This document shows, one piece after another, positions 35,277-44,206 of a stretch of DNA of 64,000 nt. Both the position numbers and the translations under genes were made by a program. Numbering within the stretch: position 1 is the stretch's first letter; each line of letters begins with the position of its first letter. The notes below the pieces were generated by a model. The model was not told the origin of the DNA. It worked only from the letters and a program-made list of their open reading frames with translations, and ran no database searches. The stretch comes from Sphingomicrobium sp. (GTDB lineage Bacteria > Pseudomonadota > Alphaproteobacteria > Sphingomonadales > Sphingomonadaceae): contig DATKDM010000007.1 of NCBI GenBank assembly GCA_035512655.1, positions 5,215-69,214 of the forward strand, read 5' to 3'.

Positions 35277-37526
35277 ATGCCCCTTCCCGCGCCACAGATC
35301 GACTCCCGGAATTTCCAGCAGCTGGTCGACGATACGCTCGCGAGAGTGCCGGTACACACGCCGGAATGGACAAATTTCAACGCTTCAGACCCCGGGGTAA
35401 CCTTGGTTCATCTGTTCGCGTTCGTCACCGAGGCCCTGATCTATCGGGCTAACCAGATCCCCGAACGCAATCGGCGTAAGTTCCTGAACCTTCTTGGTAT
35501 CCCGCTCTGCACAGCCAAAGAGGCGCGCGGTCTCGCGGTCATCCGCAACGAAAATGGTCCACCAACCGTGGAGACCCTGGCCTCGAACGTCGAGCTCTTT
35601 GCGGGAGAAATCCCGTTCCGCACGCAACTTGGCCTCGATGTCCTGCCGGTCGAGGGGCGGTTATTCATGAAGCGGCCGATCGACACGCCGGACCCGGCGC
35701 TGCTCGATTACTACCGCTTGCTCTACGCCTCCTATGGTTCGGAGCTCCCGCTCGAGCCGGCGCTGTATGAATCGGTACAAATCGATCCCGGCAAGGACAG
35801 CATCGATCTCGGCCGCACCAGCGACCGTTCGCTGTGGATCGCAATCCTCGCTCGCGTGCCGGAAGAGCGCGACGGGCTGCGCGACACACTCGCCAACCGC
35901 ACCCTGTCGCTGGGCCTCGCGCCACAGACGTACGCGGACACACGTACGCTTTTCCCGGGCGGCGCGGCGCGGCCGCCGCAGGATTTGCTCGCGTTTGAAA
36001 TGCCCCGCGCGGGCGACGATGGGCTGATCAGCTTCGGGCCCGACGGACGGCCCTTGCCCGCCTATCGGCGGCTTGAGGTGCGGACCGATTTCGACCCGCT
36101 TACCGATGCGGGCGTGGTCCAGATCCCGCTTCCGGGCGCTGACGGCCTCCGCAGTTGGGAGAATCTCGATCCCCTGGAGGCCGGAGTTGGAGACCTGCCA
36201 CCGGCGATCGAGGACAGTGCCGCGACCGACCGGCTGGTGACATGGCTGCGGGTGCGAGTCACTGGCGGAGCCGACGTGAAACTGCGTTGGGCGGGCATTA
36301 ATGCGACGCCAATCCGGCAGATCGCACGCGTTTTTGCAGAAGCGCTGAGCGAAGGCGATGGAACGCCGGACCAGATACGCCGGCTGGCGCGCCCGCCAGT
36401 GCTCGAAGGATCGATCAGGATCACCAGCGTCGATGCCGACGGCGAGCATGCTTGGGCCGCGATCGACGACCTAATAGCTGCAGGAGCGGAGGTCCCGGTC
36501 TCCGGCACCAAGCCGAGCGCTGCGCCGACCGATGTTTTTCTCGCTGATTATGAATCGGGGACGATCCGGTTCGGCGACGGACTGGCGGGACGACGGCCGG
36601 CGGCCGGTGCGCAGCTCTTCGCCACCTATCTTTACAGCGAGGGCTTCGAAGGGAATCTCGGCGCGGACGCGATCAAAACTGGCCCGCTCCTTCCGGCTGG
36701 CTTCACTGCAACCAATCCGCTCCCGACGTGGGGAGGAGCGGACGCCGAAAGGGTCGAGGACGGCGAGCGGCACGTCAGGCGCTATCTCCAGCACCGGGAT
36801 CGCCTGGTCACCGCGGCGGACTTCGAAACGATAGCGTGGCGAACGCCCGGCGTGGTGGTGGGGCGGATCGAAGTGCTGCCGGCCTGGCATCCAGCCCTCG
36901 CCCCGGCTGCCCCCGGCTCGGCTCCGGGTGTCGTTACCCTGCTCGCCATCCCCCGCTACGATCCCGCCAATCCCCAGGCGCCGCGCGCGGACCGGCCGTT
37001 CCTCGACGCACTTTGCCGCTATCTCGAACCTCGCCGGCTGATCACCACCGAGCTCGTCCTGCACGGAGCGATCTACAAGGGCATCTGGATTTCGGTCGGG
37101 ATCGAGTCCCTGCCCGGCGCATCGGTAGCAGCCACGTGCGAGGCGGTGCGCCAGCGTCTGCGGGACTTGCTGAGCCCACTGCCGTCGACGGGCTTCGCGG
37201 GGCAGCAGGCGCCGCTCTACGGACCGCCGCCACGCAATGAGCGGCGCGGATGGCCGCTGGGACAAGCGATTCAGTCACGCGTGCTCCTGGCCGAGGCGGC
37301 CCGTGTTCTCGACGTTAAATCTGTCGGCGCGGTCCTCCTTGCCGAGGGATCGGGGCCGGCCGTGGAAGCCGTTCCAATCAACGGCATCGAGCTTCCTGAG
37401 ATCCTGGGAATATCGGTCGTTGCCGGCGATCCGGTTGAGCTGGCCAGCCTTCGTGGGGAACCTGGCCCGCAAGAGCCGGCCGGTACGAAGCGCTTGCCGG
37501 TGCCGGTGGTGGCGGAGACCTGCTGA
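35277..37526 (+). CDS. Baseplate J-like wedge protein (Afp11-like)
   Basis: IDSRNFQQLVDD, PEWTNFNASDPGVTL, YRANQIPE, GTIRFGDG..G.RP, WGGADAE, RLVTAADFE, YLEPRRLITTEL. Confidence 0.92.
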   Translation: MPLPAPQIDSRNFQQLVDDTLARVPVHTPEWTNFNASDPGVTLVHLFAFVTEALIYRANQIPERNRRKFLNLLGIPLCTAKEARGLAVIRNENGPPTVETLASNVELFAGEIPFRTQLGLDVLPVEGRLFMKRPIDTPDPALLDYYRLLYASYGSELPLEPALYESVQIDPGKDSIDLGRTSDRSLWIAILARVPEERDGLRDTLANRTLSLGLAPQTYADTRTLFPGGAARPPQDLLAFEMPRAGDDGLISFGPDGRPLPAYRRLEVRTDFDPLTDAGVVQIPLPGADGLRSWENLDPLEAGVGDLPPAIEDSAATDRLVTWLRVRVTGGADVKLRWAGINATPIRQIARVFAEALSEGDGTPDQIRRLARPPVLEGSIRITSVDADGEHAWAAIDDLIAAGAEVPVSGTKPSAAPTDVFLADYESGTIRFGDGLAGRRPAAGAQLFATYLYSEGFEGNLGADAIKTGPLLPAGFTATNPLPTWGGADAERVEDGERHVRRYLQHRDRLVTAADFETIAWRTPGVVVGRIEVLPAWHPALAPAAPGSAPGVVTLLAIPRYDPANPQAPRADRPFLDALCRYLEPRRLITTELVLHGAIYKGIWISVGIESLPGASVAATCEAVRQRLRDLLSPLPSTGFAGQQAPLYGPPPRNERRGWPLGQAIQSRVLLAEAARVLDVKSVGAVLLAEGSGPAVEAVPINGIELPEILGISVVAGDPVELASLRGEPGPQEPAGTKRLPVPVVAETC

Positions 37527-40336
37527 TGCGGCCCGACCCGACTTTCTTTCACCTGCTTTTGGGCGAGCGTGACTGGGGGCGTTGCCGCATCGGCGAACCC
37601 GGCGGCGAAGCCGTTCTCCAGAGCCTGTGGGTCCTCGACTTCGGAAGTCGCGAGCCGGTGCCGCCGGACTGGGACAGCGATCGTGCAGTCCTCACTTTGC
37701 CCCGGGTCAGGGACATCGTCCCGCCCACCAAGGGCGAGGCTGCGCTCTCGCTCGCCGCTCGGCGGGCCGGCGCTGCCGATGCGAACGGCAACATTTACTG
37801 GATCGGCGACGATGCGCGCCAGCTGTTCGTTCGCTCCGCCGGAACCGGGCAGCCGAGCCGCTTCTGGCCCGATCCACGCGCTTTTCCTGAGCCGGAAGGC
37901 GTATTCGGCCCGCTCGAACCGCCGCGGGCGGACAGCCGTATCTATGCCGGCATGGCAATCACGGACGATGCCTGGCTTCTCGTCGGCTTTGAAGACGGTG
38001 ACGGCCGCAGCGGACTGTCCCTTTTCGACCTCGTTGGAGGCGGCGCGCCAATCGATCGTCTATGGCCGGCCTCTGACCCGGTGCAGGTCATGGACCTGGC
38101 GACGGGGCCGCATGGAACACTGTGGTTGCTCGACGATCAAAAGAGGTTGTTCGAGCTAGATCGGCGTACCGAGATCGCGGGCGCCGCCAACGAGCAGCCC
38201 GCCGCCGAACTTTTCCAGCCCGACAGTGGTGAACCGCGCAGCCACGCCGCGCCGCCCCCACTTCGCTGCCGGGACCTCGGGTCGCTCGATCCGGCGATCA
38301 ACCCAATCGCCATTGAGATGCTCGCCGACGGAGCGGTGGCGATCCTGTCGCGGCAACTCGACCACGGCCTCGTTTATGTGCTTCGCGTGGACGGCGGCGA
38401 AGCTCCGCCTCCCGCCCGGGTCGATTTCAGGCCGCACGACATGTCGCTCGGAAACGCCATGCTGCGTGATCGCGTGCCGGGTTTGCGGCTGATTGTCACG
38501 GGCGGCGCCGGCAACCAGGCAATCGCGTTCCGCATCGATCGGGCAAATGGCGGCGTTCGGCTGGAGCCGACGAGCGAGGTATTTCCGCTTCGGCGCTATG
38601 GCGGCCGAGGGCTCCTCACCGTGCTCGGCGCGATCCACTACGACAGCGGCGACGTTCCGACCTGGACGCCGCTCGCCGAGCGACCGGTCGTGCGCTTCGC
38701 TGCTTCGAGCGAGTTTGTGACGCCGGTCTTCGATGGCGGGATCCCGGCTACGGTCTGGGACAGGGTCCGCATCGACGGGAGCATTCCGCCGGGCACAAAG
38801 GTTCAGATTGCCGCCCGAGCCGGGGACGAGGGCGAGTTCGACCCTGAATTGCTGGGCGAATGGACGATCCAGCCGGAGCCGATTTTGAACGCTGGGGGGG
38901 ACGAGTTCGCCGGCTATGGCCCGGCTGCCGTTCCGCTGACTGACCGCCAACACGGCAAGGGAACGTGGGAGCTTCTCGTCCAGCAAATGCGCGGGCGCTT
39001 CCTGCAGTTGCGCCTGACCCTCTCGGGGAACGAAAATGCGAGCCCCGAGCTGCGCGCGCTGCGGGCCTGGTACCCCAGGCAAAGCTGGTCAGAGCGCTAC
39101 CTTCCGGCCGTCTATCGCGCCGAGCCGAGCCCGGCCGCTTTCCTCGACCGCTTTCTTGCGAACATGGAGGGGACCCTCACCACCATCGAGCGCCGCATTG
39201 TCGACGCACAAGCTATGTTCGATCCGCGAACCGCTCCGGTCGAAGCTCTGGATTGGCTCGCGTCCTGGTTCGATGTCGCCCTCGACCCCTCCTGGTCAGA
39301 AGCGCAGCGCCGGTTGCTGATCGCTCACGCGACGCGCTTCCTGGCCCTCCGCGGCACCAGGCGCGGCGTTGAAACCGCGCTTGCGCTCGCGTTTACACAA
39401 TGCGCGGACGAGCGCCTGTTCGATGCCGCCGATACCGTTCCGACCGGAATTCGGATCGTCGAGAACTTCCTGACGAGGAAATTAGCCGCCCTACCCGCAC
39501 AGGCTGCGCCAGGCGCAGACTACTGGTCGCCCGGCGAAGGTAATGTGGCGCTCGCCGAGCGCATCGCGCGTGCGATGGGAAAAGATCACGCCTCCGAGGA
39601 CGAGCGTGCTCAGCCCGTTCCACTTTTCGTTCCCAAAAGCATCGAGCCCACGAAATGGCGCAAAGCGATGATGGCCGTGCTCGGCTTCGTTCCGGAGGCG
39701 GGCGGAGCCGAGCGTTGGCGTTGGCAGGAGTTCCAGGCGGGGCGCGGCCGCGAGTCGCCGCTTCCGGATCTACCGCGCCACGCAGTTCCGTCAGCTCACA
39801 GAGCGGATTGGCTCGCCTTTGTTTCGCTCGCGTCGCGCTCGCGTCGCCTGTGGCAGGACTTTCTCGAGGGGCGCTACGCCCGCATTGCATCGCTCAACAT
39901 CGCGCACGGCTCGGGGTGGACCAATTTCAGTGAAATCGCTTTGCCGGACCGTCTTCCAAACACAACTGCGGCAAGCAAGGACTGGCGCGATTTCGAGACT
40001 CGCGTGTTGCCGTTCGACGCCGCGGCGCATCGATTCACCGTCCTTCTGCCGGTGCGCGACGTGGTCACCGATTCAGCCGCGCTGACCCGCGACCGAGCCC
40101 TCGCCCGCCGAATCGTGGACCTCGAAAAGCCCGCGCACACGATCTTCGACGTGCGCTTCTATTTCGCGATGAACCGCCTGGGAGAAGCGCGCCTCGGATT
40201 CGATACGACGCTCGGGCAGGGAAGCCGAGCTCCCGAGCTGCTTCCACCCGCGATCCTGGGCCGCAGCTATTTCGGCGAAAGCTTTGTCGGGCGGACTTGG
40301 CCGGAAGAAACCGGGCGCAGGAGGTTGGCATGCTAA
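37526..40336 (+). CDS. Phage tail protein I / gp7-like wedge protein with N-terminal repeat region (Afp12-like)
   Basis: YLPAVYR...FLDRFLANME...DPRTAPVEALDWLASW...RGTRRG; AHRFTV...EKPAHT near the C-terminus. Confidence 0.82.
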   Translation: MRPDPTFFHLLLGERDWGRCRIGEPGGEAVLQSLWVLDFGSREPVPPDWDSDRAVLTLPRVRDIVPPTKGEAALSLAARRAGAADANGNIYWIGDDARQLFVRSAGTGQPSRFWPDPRAFPEPEGVFGPLEPPRADSRIYAGMAITDDAWLLVGFEDGDGRSGLSLFDLVGGGAPIDRLWPASDPVQVMDLATGPHGTLWLLDDQKRLFELDRRTEIAGAANEQPAAELFQPDSGEPRSHAAPPPLRCRDLGSLDPAINPIAIEMLADGAVAILSRQLDHGLVYVLRVDGGEAPPPARVDFRPHDMSLGNAMLRDRVPGLRLIVTGGAGNQAIAFRIDRANGGVRLEPTSEVFPLRRYGGRGLLTVLGAIHYDSGDVPTWTPLAERPVVRFAASSEFVTPVFDGGIPATVWDRVRIDGSIPPGTKVQIAARAGDEGEFDPELLGEWTIQPEPILNAGGDEFAGYGPAAVPLTDRQHGKGTWELLVQQMRGRFLQLRLTLSGNENASPELRALRAWYPRQSWSERYLPAVYRAEPSPAAFLDRFLANMEGTLTTIERRIVDAQAMFDPRTAPVEALDWLASWFDVALDPSWSEAQRRLLIAHATRFLALRGTRRGVETALALAFTQCADERLFDAADTVPTGIRIVENFLTRKLAALPAQAAPGADYWSPGEGNVALAERIARAMGKDHASEDERAQPVPLFVPKSIEPTKWRKAMMAVLGFVPEAGGAERWRWQEFQAGRGRESPLPDLPRHAVPSAHRADWLAFVSLASRSRRLWQDFLEGRYARIASLNIAHGSGWTNFSEIALPDRLPNTTAASKDWRDFETRVLPFDAAAHRFTVLLPVRDVVTDSAALTRDRALARRIVDLEKPAHTIFDVRFYFAMNRLGEARLGFDTTLGQGSRAPELLPPAILGRSYFGESFVGRTWPEETGRRRLAC

Positions 40337-40378
40337 CCGGCGCCACAATGCAGAAATTCAAATTCAGGGAGGCGCATT

Positions 40379-42328
40379 ATGGGATGCTGTAACCATCTCT
40401 CGACCGGACTTTCGACCGGTGCGCTCAACCCGAGCATGCACGTCAACTTCGTCAAAGGGATGGTCCTGGGCGTCGACGACCTGCGGCAGGAGTTCGCCTA
40501 TCTCTCCAACGGCTACCAATGGGCAATCCGCGAGCTAATCGGGTACGGCACGGCCAGCGGCCTGGCCGTCGCCGTCGAGGACGACGGTACCAACGGCCCG
40601 CGAGTGCGCGTTATTCCCGGAGCCGCCGTTCCCCCATCCGGTCGAATGATCTGCGTCGGCGCGCCGCAATGCGGATCCATCAATGCCTGGCTCGCGCAAC
40701 CTGAAGTAGCGTCCGAGCTTACACGGCGGCTGTCCGCCAACTCCCCGCCCGACGACGGCGAGGTCGACGTCTACCTCAAGCTTTGTTTCCGCGACTGTGC
40801 CGTGTTGCCGGTTCCCGTTCCCGGCGAGCCGTGCCGGTCCGACGAGGAGCTGATGAGCCCATCGCGGATCGCCGACGACTATGTGCTGTCGCTCGACTTC
40901 GAGCCCCCCGAACAAAGCGAAGCGGACGCGATCGCGCGCCTGGTCGCGTGGATCGACCTGGTCGCGCTCGACGAAGGTTTATCGTCGCCGCCCGCGGGCT
41001 CATCGCCGCCCGAGGACGAGGAGGCTGTCTGGCGAGAGGCCGTGCTTGAGGCGCTTGGGATCGGCGCCGATGAAGGTTCTCCGCCCGCCAGCCCGCCTGC
41101 GCCAGCCGAGCCACTTACGATTTCCGAGGATCGATATGACGACTTCCTGAAATTCGTCTTCCGGGTCTGGGTGACGGAAATCAGGCCGACCGTCATGGCG
41201 CGCCCGTGCGGCACGGACGCCGACGAGCGCGACGATTGCGTGCTTCTCGCCAGCCTCACGGTACCGGTGCTCAAGGAAGGCGACGCACCGGACCGCGGCT
41301 GGCAGGTCGACGGCGACGCGGCGGCAATCCGCGTCGACGAATCCCGGCGCCCCATGATTGTGCCGTTGCACCTCGTCCAAACTGTACTCGGGATGGCCGT
41401 CGGCGCGGACGAGGACATGGCGTCGCCGCCTGCCGGCCCGCAAGGTGATCCGGGCACCAGCGCCACCATCACGATTGGCGCCGTGACCACACTGCCTCCC
41501 GGAACGCCGGCCACCGTCATCAACTCCGGCACGGCGTCAGCCGCGGTGTTTGACTTCGGCATCCCGCAAGGAAAGGATGGCGATCCGGCGGCCGCCGGCG
41601 CCGGCTCGACCATCGCGGTGGGCGCGGTCACCACGCTGCCTCCCGGCTCGCCGGCTACCGTTACCAACACCGGCACGGCCTCGGCTGCCGTGTTTGATTT
41701 CGCGATCCCGCAAGGAACGCCTGGCGATCCAGGGAGCGCCGGCACAGACCCTACAATCACGATCGGCGCAGTCACGTCGCTGCCCGCCGGGTCAGCGCCG
41801 TCGGTAACCAACACAGGCACGCCATCGGCCGCCAAATTCAATTTCGGCATCCCGCAAGGCAAGGATGGCAATCCAGGAATTGCGGGCGCCAGCGCGACCA
41901 TCGCGGTCGGCGCAGTGACCACCCTGCCCCCAGGATCGCCGGCCACGGTCACCAACAGCGGCACGGCCTCGGCCGCCGTTCTCGACTTCGCGGTTCCGCA
42001 AGGGCCTCCGGGAACTCAGATTGCGTCACCGCTCAGACTCAAGCCGGTCTTCATCTCTACCGATCTGGACATCGACCCGGACAAGGAGATCGACGCCGTT
42101 GTCGCCGAACAACCGGGTCTCACGATCACCATGCCGCCCGCCGACCGGGCCGGCGAAGGACGCGTTTACATCATCCGCTGCCTCGTCCGGTCGGTCACTG
42201 TCCGGGCGCGACGCGGGGACCGGATTGAGGGGCAGACCGGCATCGAATTCAGTCAGGGCGGGGCTGAGATGCTGATGTCCGACGGACGCAACCGCTGGAT
42301 CGGCATGGCCGACCGCCAGCCGCGCTGA
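40379..42328 (+). CDS. Putative tail-fibre protein with four collagen-linked Thr/Ser-rich repeats
   Basis: N-terminal VNFVKGMVLGVDDL..E..Y...GYGTASGLAV fibre-attachment-like motif; four repeats of about 48 aa; short beta-rich C-terminal domain. Confidence 0.75.
   Translation: MGCCNHLSTGLSTGALNPSMHVNFVKGMVLGVDDLRQEFAYLSNGYQWAIRELIGYGTASGLAVAVEDDGTNGPRVRVIPGAAVPPSGRMICVGAPQCGSINAWLAQPEVASELTRRLSANSPPDDGEVDVYLKLCFRDCAVLPVPVPGEPCRSDEELMSPSRIADDYVLSLDFEPPEQSEADAIARLVAWIDLVALDEGLSSPPAGSSPPEDEEAVWREAVLEALGIGADEGSPPASPPAPAEPLTISEDRYDDFLKFVFRVWVTEIRPTVMARPCGTDADERDDCVLLASLTVPVLKEGDAPDRGWQVDGDAAAIRVDESRRPMIVPLHLVQTVLGMAVGADEDMASPPAGPQGDPGTSATITIGAVTTLPPGTPATVINSGTASAAVFDFGIPQGKDGDPAAAGAGSTIAVGAVTTLPPGSPATVTNTGTASAAVFDFAIPQGTPGDPGSAGTDPTITIGAVTSLPAGSAPSVTNTGTPSAAKFNFGIPQGKDGNPGIAGASATIAVGAVTTLPPGSPATVTNSGTASAAVLDFAVPQGPPGTQIASPLRLKPVFISTDLDIDPDKEIDAVVAEQPGLTITMPPADRAGEGRVYIIRCLVRSVTVRARRGDRIEGQTGIEFSQGGAEMLMSDGRNRWIGMADRQPR
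41435..42010 (+). repeat. Four tandem intragenic repeats of about 144 bp (Gxx-Gxx-TI(T/A)(I/V)GAVTTLPPG.PATVTN.GT.SAA.FDF.IPQ)
   Basis: Read directly in protein and DNA; units alternate A-B-A-B (ITIG...FGIPQ versus IAVG...FA(I/V)PQ). Confidence 0.9.
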
Positions 42329-42338
42329 GGAGGGAGAG

Positions 42339-43586
42339 ATGGCAACCACTTTCCCCGCGCTCGACCAACCGCTGCCCGAAGGCGGCATTCGGACGATAAA
42401 CTTCTTCAACGGCAGGCTGCTCACCGGCAGCGACATGGGCCGCGAGCAAGAGGCGCGAAGGGAGGCGGATTCGCGCATCGGCCTCGCCCTCGGCGACGGC
42501 GTCGCCGAGGGGCTCGAGGTTGCGTTCGCCGGCCGGATTGCACCCGGCAACCGTCCGGCCGCGACGATCAGCGCGGGGGTCGCCATCAACCGCGACGGGC
42601 GAACCTTGCGGCTGACACGCGACACGACCGTCGCGCTGTCCCGCAGCGTCGCACAATTTTCAGACGCCATCCCCTGCCTGTTCGACGATTGCCCCGGCCT
42701 CAGCGAAGGCGATTACGTTGCGGGCCAGGGCTTGTACCTCCTGACCATCGCGCCCGCCTTCGTCAGCGAAGGCCGCGCCCGCACCAGTGGCTTCGAGGAG
42801 GGTGGCGCGCGCTGCAACACCGACGCCACCGTTGAAGCCGTTCAGTTCCGCCTGGTCGAGATCGAATCCGCACTTTTCCCCGAAGCCTCGTTCGCAGCCA
42901 CGGACTTCCGCAATCGCGTCGCCTACCGGGCTTTCGGCGAGGGTGTGACGCGCTTCTGGCCCGCCGATCTGCTCGGCTCGAAGCCGCGTGGCGACGATCT
43001 GTTGACGGCGCTGGGGAGCCGTTTGCGCAGGTCCGAGGTCCCGCTAGCGCTACTGGCCTTTACTGGCAGCTTTGACCATCTGTTCACCGACGTCTGGAGC
43101 GTGAGGCGGCCGATCGAGGTGCGCGATCCGAATTCGGTGATCGCCAATTTAACCGAGCGTCGGCGAGAAGGTGTCGGCTGGGCAATGTTCCGGCAGTTCC
43201 AGTCTCAGATCGATTCTCTCGCGGGGCCTAACGGGGCGCTCGCACCCGCGACCGCGCGAGGTCACTTCCGCTGGCTTCCTCCGGCTGGAATCCTGCCCTG
43301 GCTTGATGACGCCGATGCCGCGGCCTTCTTCGCCGGCATGACGGTGCGCGGTCCGCATTACATCGATGCGGCGAGCGTCGAGCCGCTGATCCGCGAGAGC
43401 TTCGTCATGCCGGCGATCGAAACGGACTCGCCCGAGACCGTCTGGCTCTATCGCATCGCCCAAACCGCCTTTGCCGAGTCCGGTCGGGTGATGGTCTTCG
43501 CCAACGGCCATCTCCCCTACCGCGGCGATGCTCGGTTCGACCTCAATTACTGGGACTTCGCCAACTACAGCCTGACAGGAGTGTGA
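42339..43586 (+). CDS. eCIS hypothetical protein, fibre/baseplate-attachment-like
   Basis: N-terminal INFFNGRLLTGSDMGREQ...GDGVAEGLEV motif parallels the previous gene; GGAG RBS. Confidence 0.7.
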   Translation: MATTFPALDQPLPEGGIRTINFFNGRLLTGSDMGREQEARREADSRIGLALGDGVAEGLEVAFAGRIAPGNRPAATISAGVAINRDGRTLRLTRDTTVALSRSVAQFSDAIPCLFDDCPGLSEGDYVAGQGLYLLTIAPAFVSEGRARTSGFEEGGARCNTDATVEAVQFRLVEIESALFPEASFAATDFRNRVAYRAFGEGVTRFWPADLLGSKPRGDDLLTALGSRLRRSEVPLALLAFTGSFDHLFTDVWSVRRPIEVRDPNSVIANLTERRREGVGWAMFRQFQSQIDSLAGPNGALAPATARGHFRWLPPAGILPWLDDADAAAFFAGMTVRGPHYIDAASVEPLIRESFVMPAIETDSPETVWLYRIAQTAFAESGRVMVFANGHLPYRGDARFDLNYWDFANYSLTGV

Positions 43587-43587
43587 C

Positions 43588-44205
43588 ATGGCCAGCGCGT
43601 CGAATCTCATTACCGCCCTTCGGCAGGTCCGGCCGGGCGATCTCATCACGGCGACATTCTTCAACGACATGATCGGCGCAATCTGGGAGCTTGAGGGCCG
43701 AATTTCGGTCCTCGAGGCCGAGGGCCGCTTCGTGGTTCCAGAAGATGGCGGCGAACCCGTCCGCCAGACGCTGGTGATCAAGAGCGTCGTCGCCAGGCGG
43801 CGCGAAACGACGCTGTCGTTCGAAGTGTTCGGGACTGGTCTAAAGCCTGCCGGCCTCAAAAACTTCCTCCTCAACGAAAAGCCGTTCCGACCGACTGACC
43901 TCCAGGGTGATGACGAGCGGATAACCTTCCGCATCGACTTGGCGCGTCTCGAAATCCACGCAGACTTCGGCGAATTCCACGAGACTCGGGACAGCCGCGA
44001 CGCGGGTTCCACTGGTGACAGCGGCGGCATTAGTCGGATGCTGGGAACCATGAGTGGATCGGGGAGCCATTCGACCCGTGCCTTTGGGGGCGTGGGCGAA
44101 CGGATCGTCGAAATAGGCACGCCGACCGAGCCAAACCTGTTGCTCACGATTGAAGCCAGCTCCGGGGCGCGTGCGAGCCGCCGCGTGGAGGTGATCTCAC
44201 GGTGA
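43588..44205 (+). CDS. eCIS hypothetical protein (short coiled coil plus Ig-like segment)
   Basis: VRPGDLITATFFNDMIGAIWELEGRISVLE, then beta-rich FEVFGTGL; 1-bp gaps to its neighbours. Confidence 0.7.
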   Translation: MASASNLITALRQVRPGDLITATFFNDMIGAIWELEGRISVLEAEGRFVVPEDGGEPVRQTLVIKSVVARRRETTLSFEVFGTGLKPAGLKNFLLNEKPFRPTDLQGDDERITFRIDLARLEIHADFGEFHETRDSRDAGSTGDSGGISRMLGTMSGSGSHSTRAFGGVGERIVEIGTPTEPNLLLTIEASSGARASRRVEVISR

Positions 44206-44206
44206 A

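Noticed and set aside
41435-42010. CRISPR-like or mobile repeat array
   Set aside because: The repeats are in-frame, degenerate at third codon positions and have no unique spacers; they are protein repeats. No cas genes are in the window.
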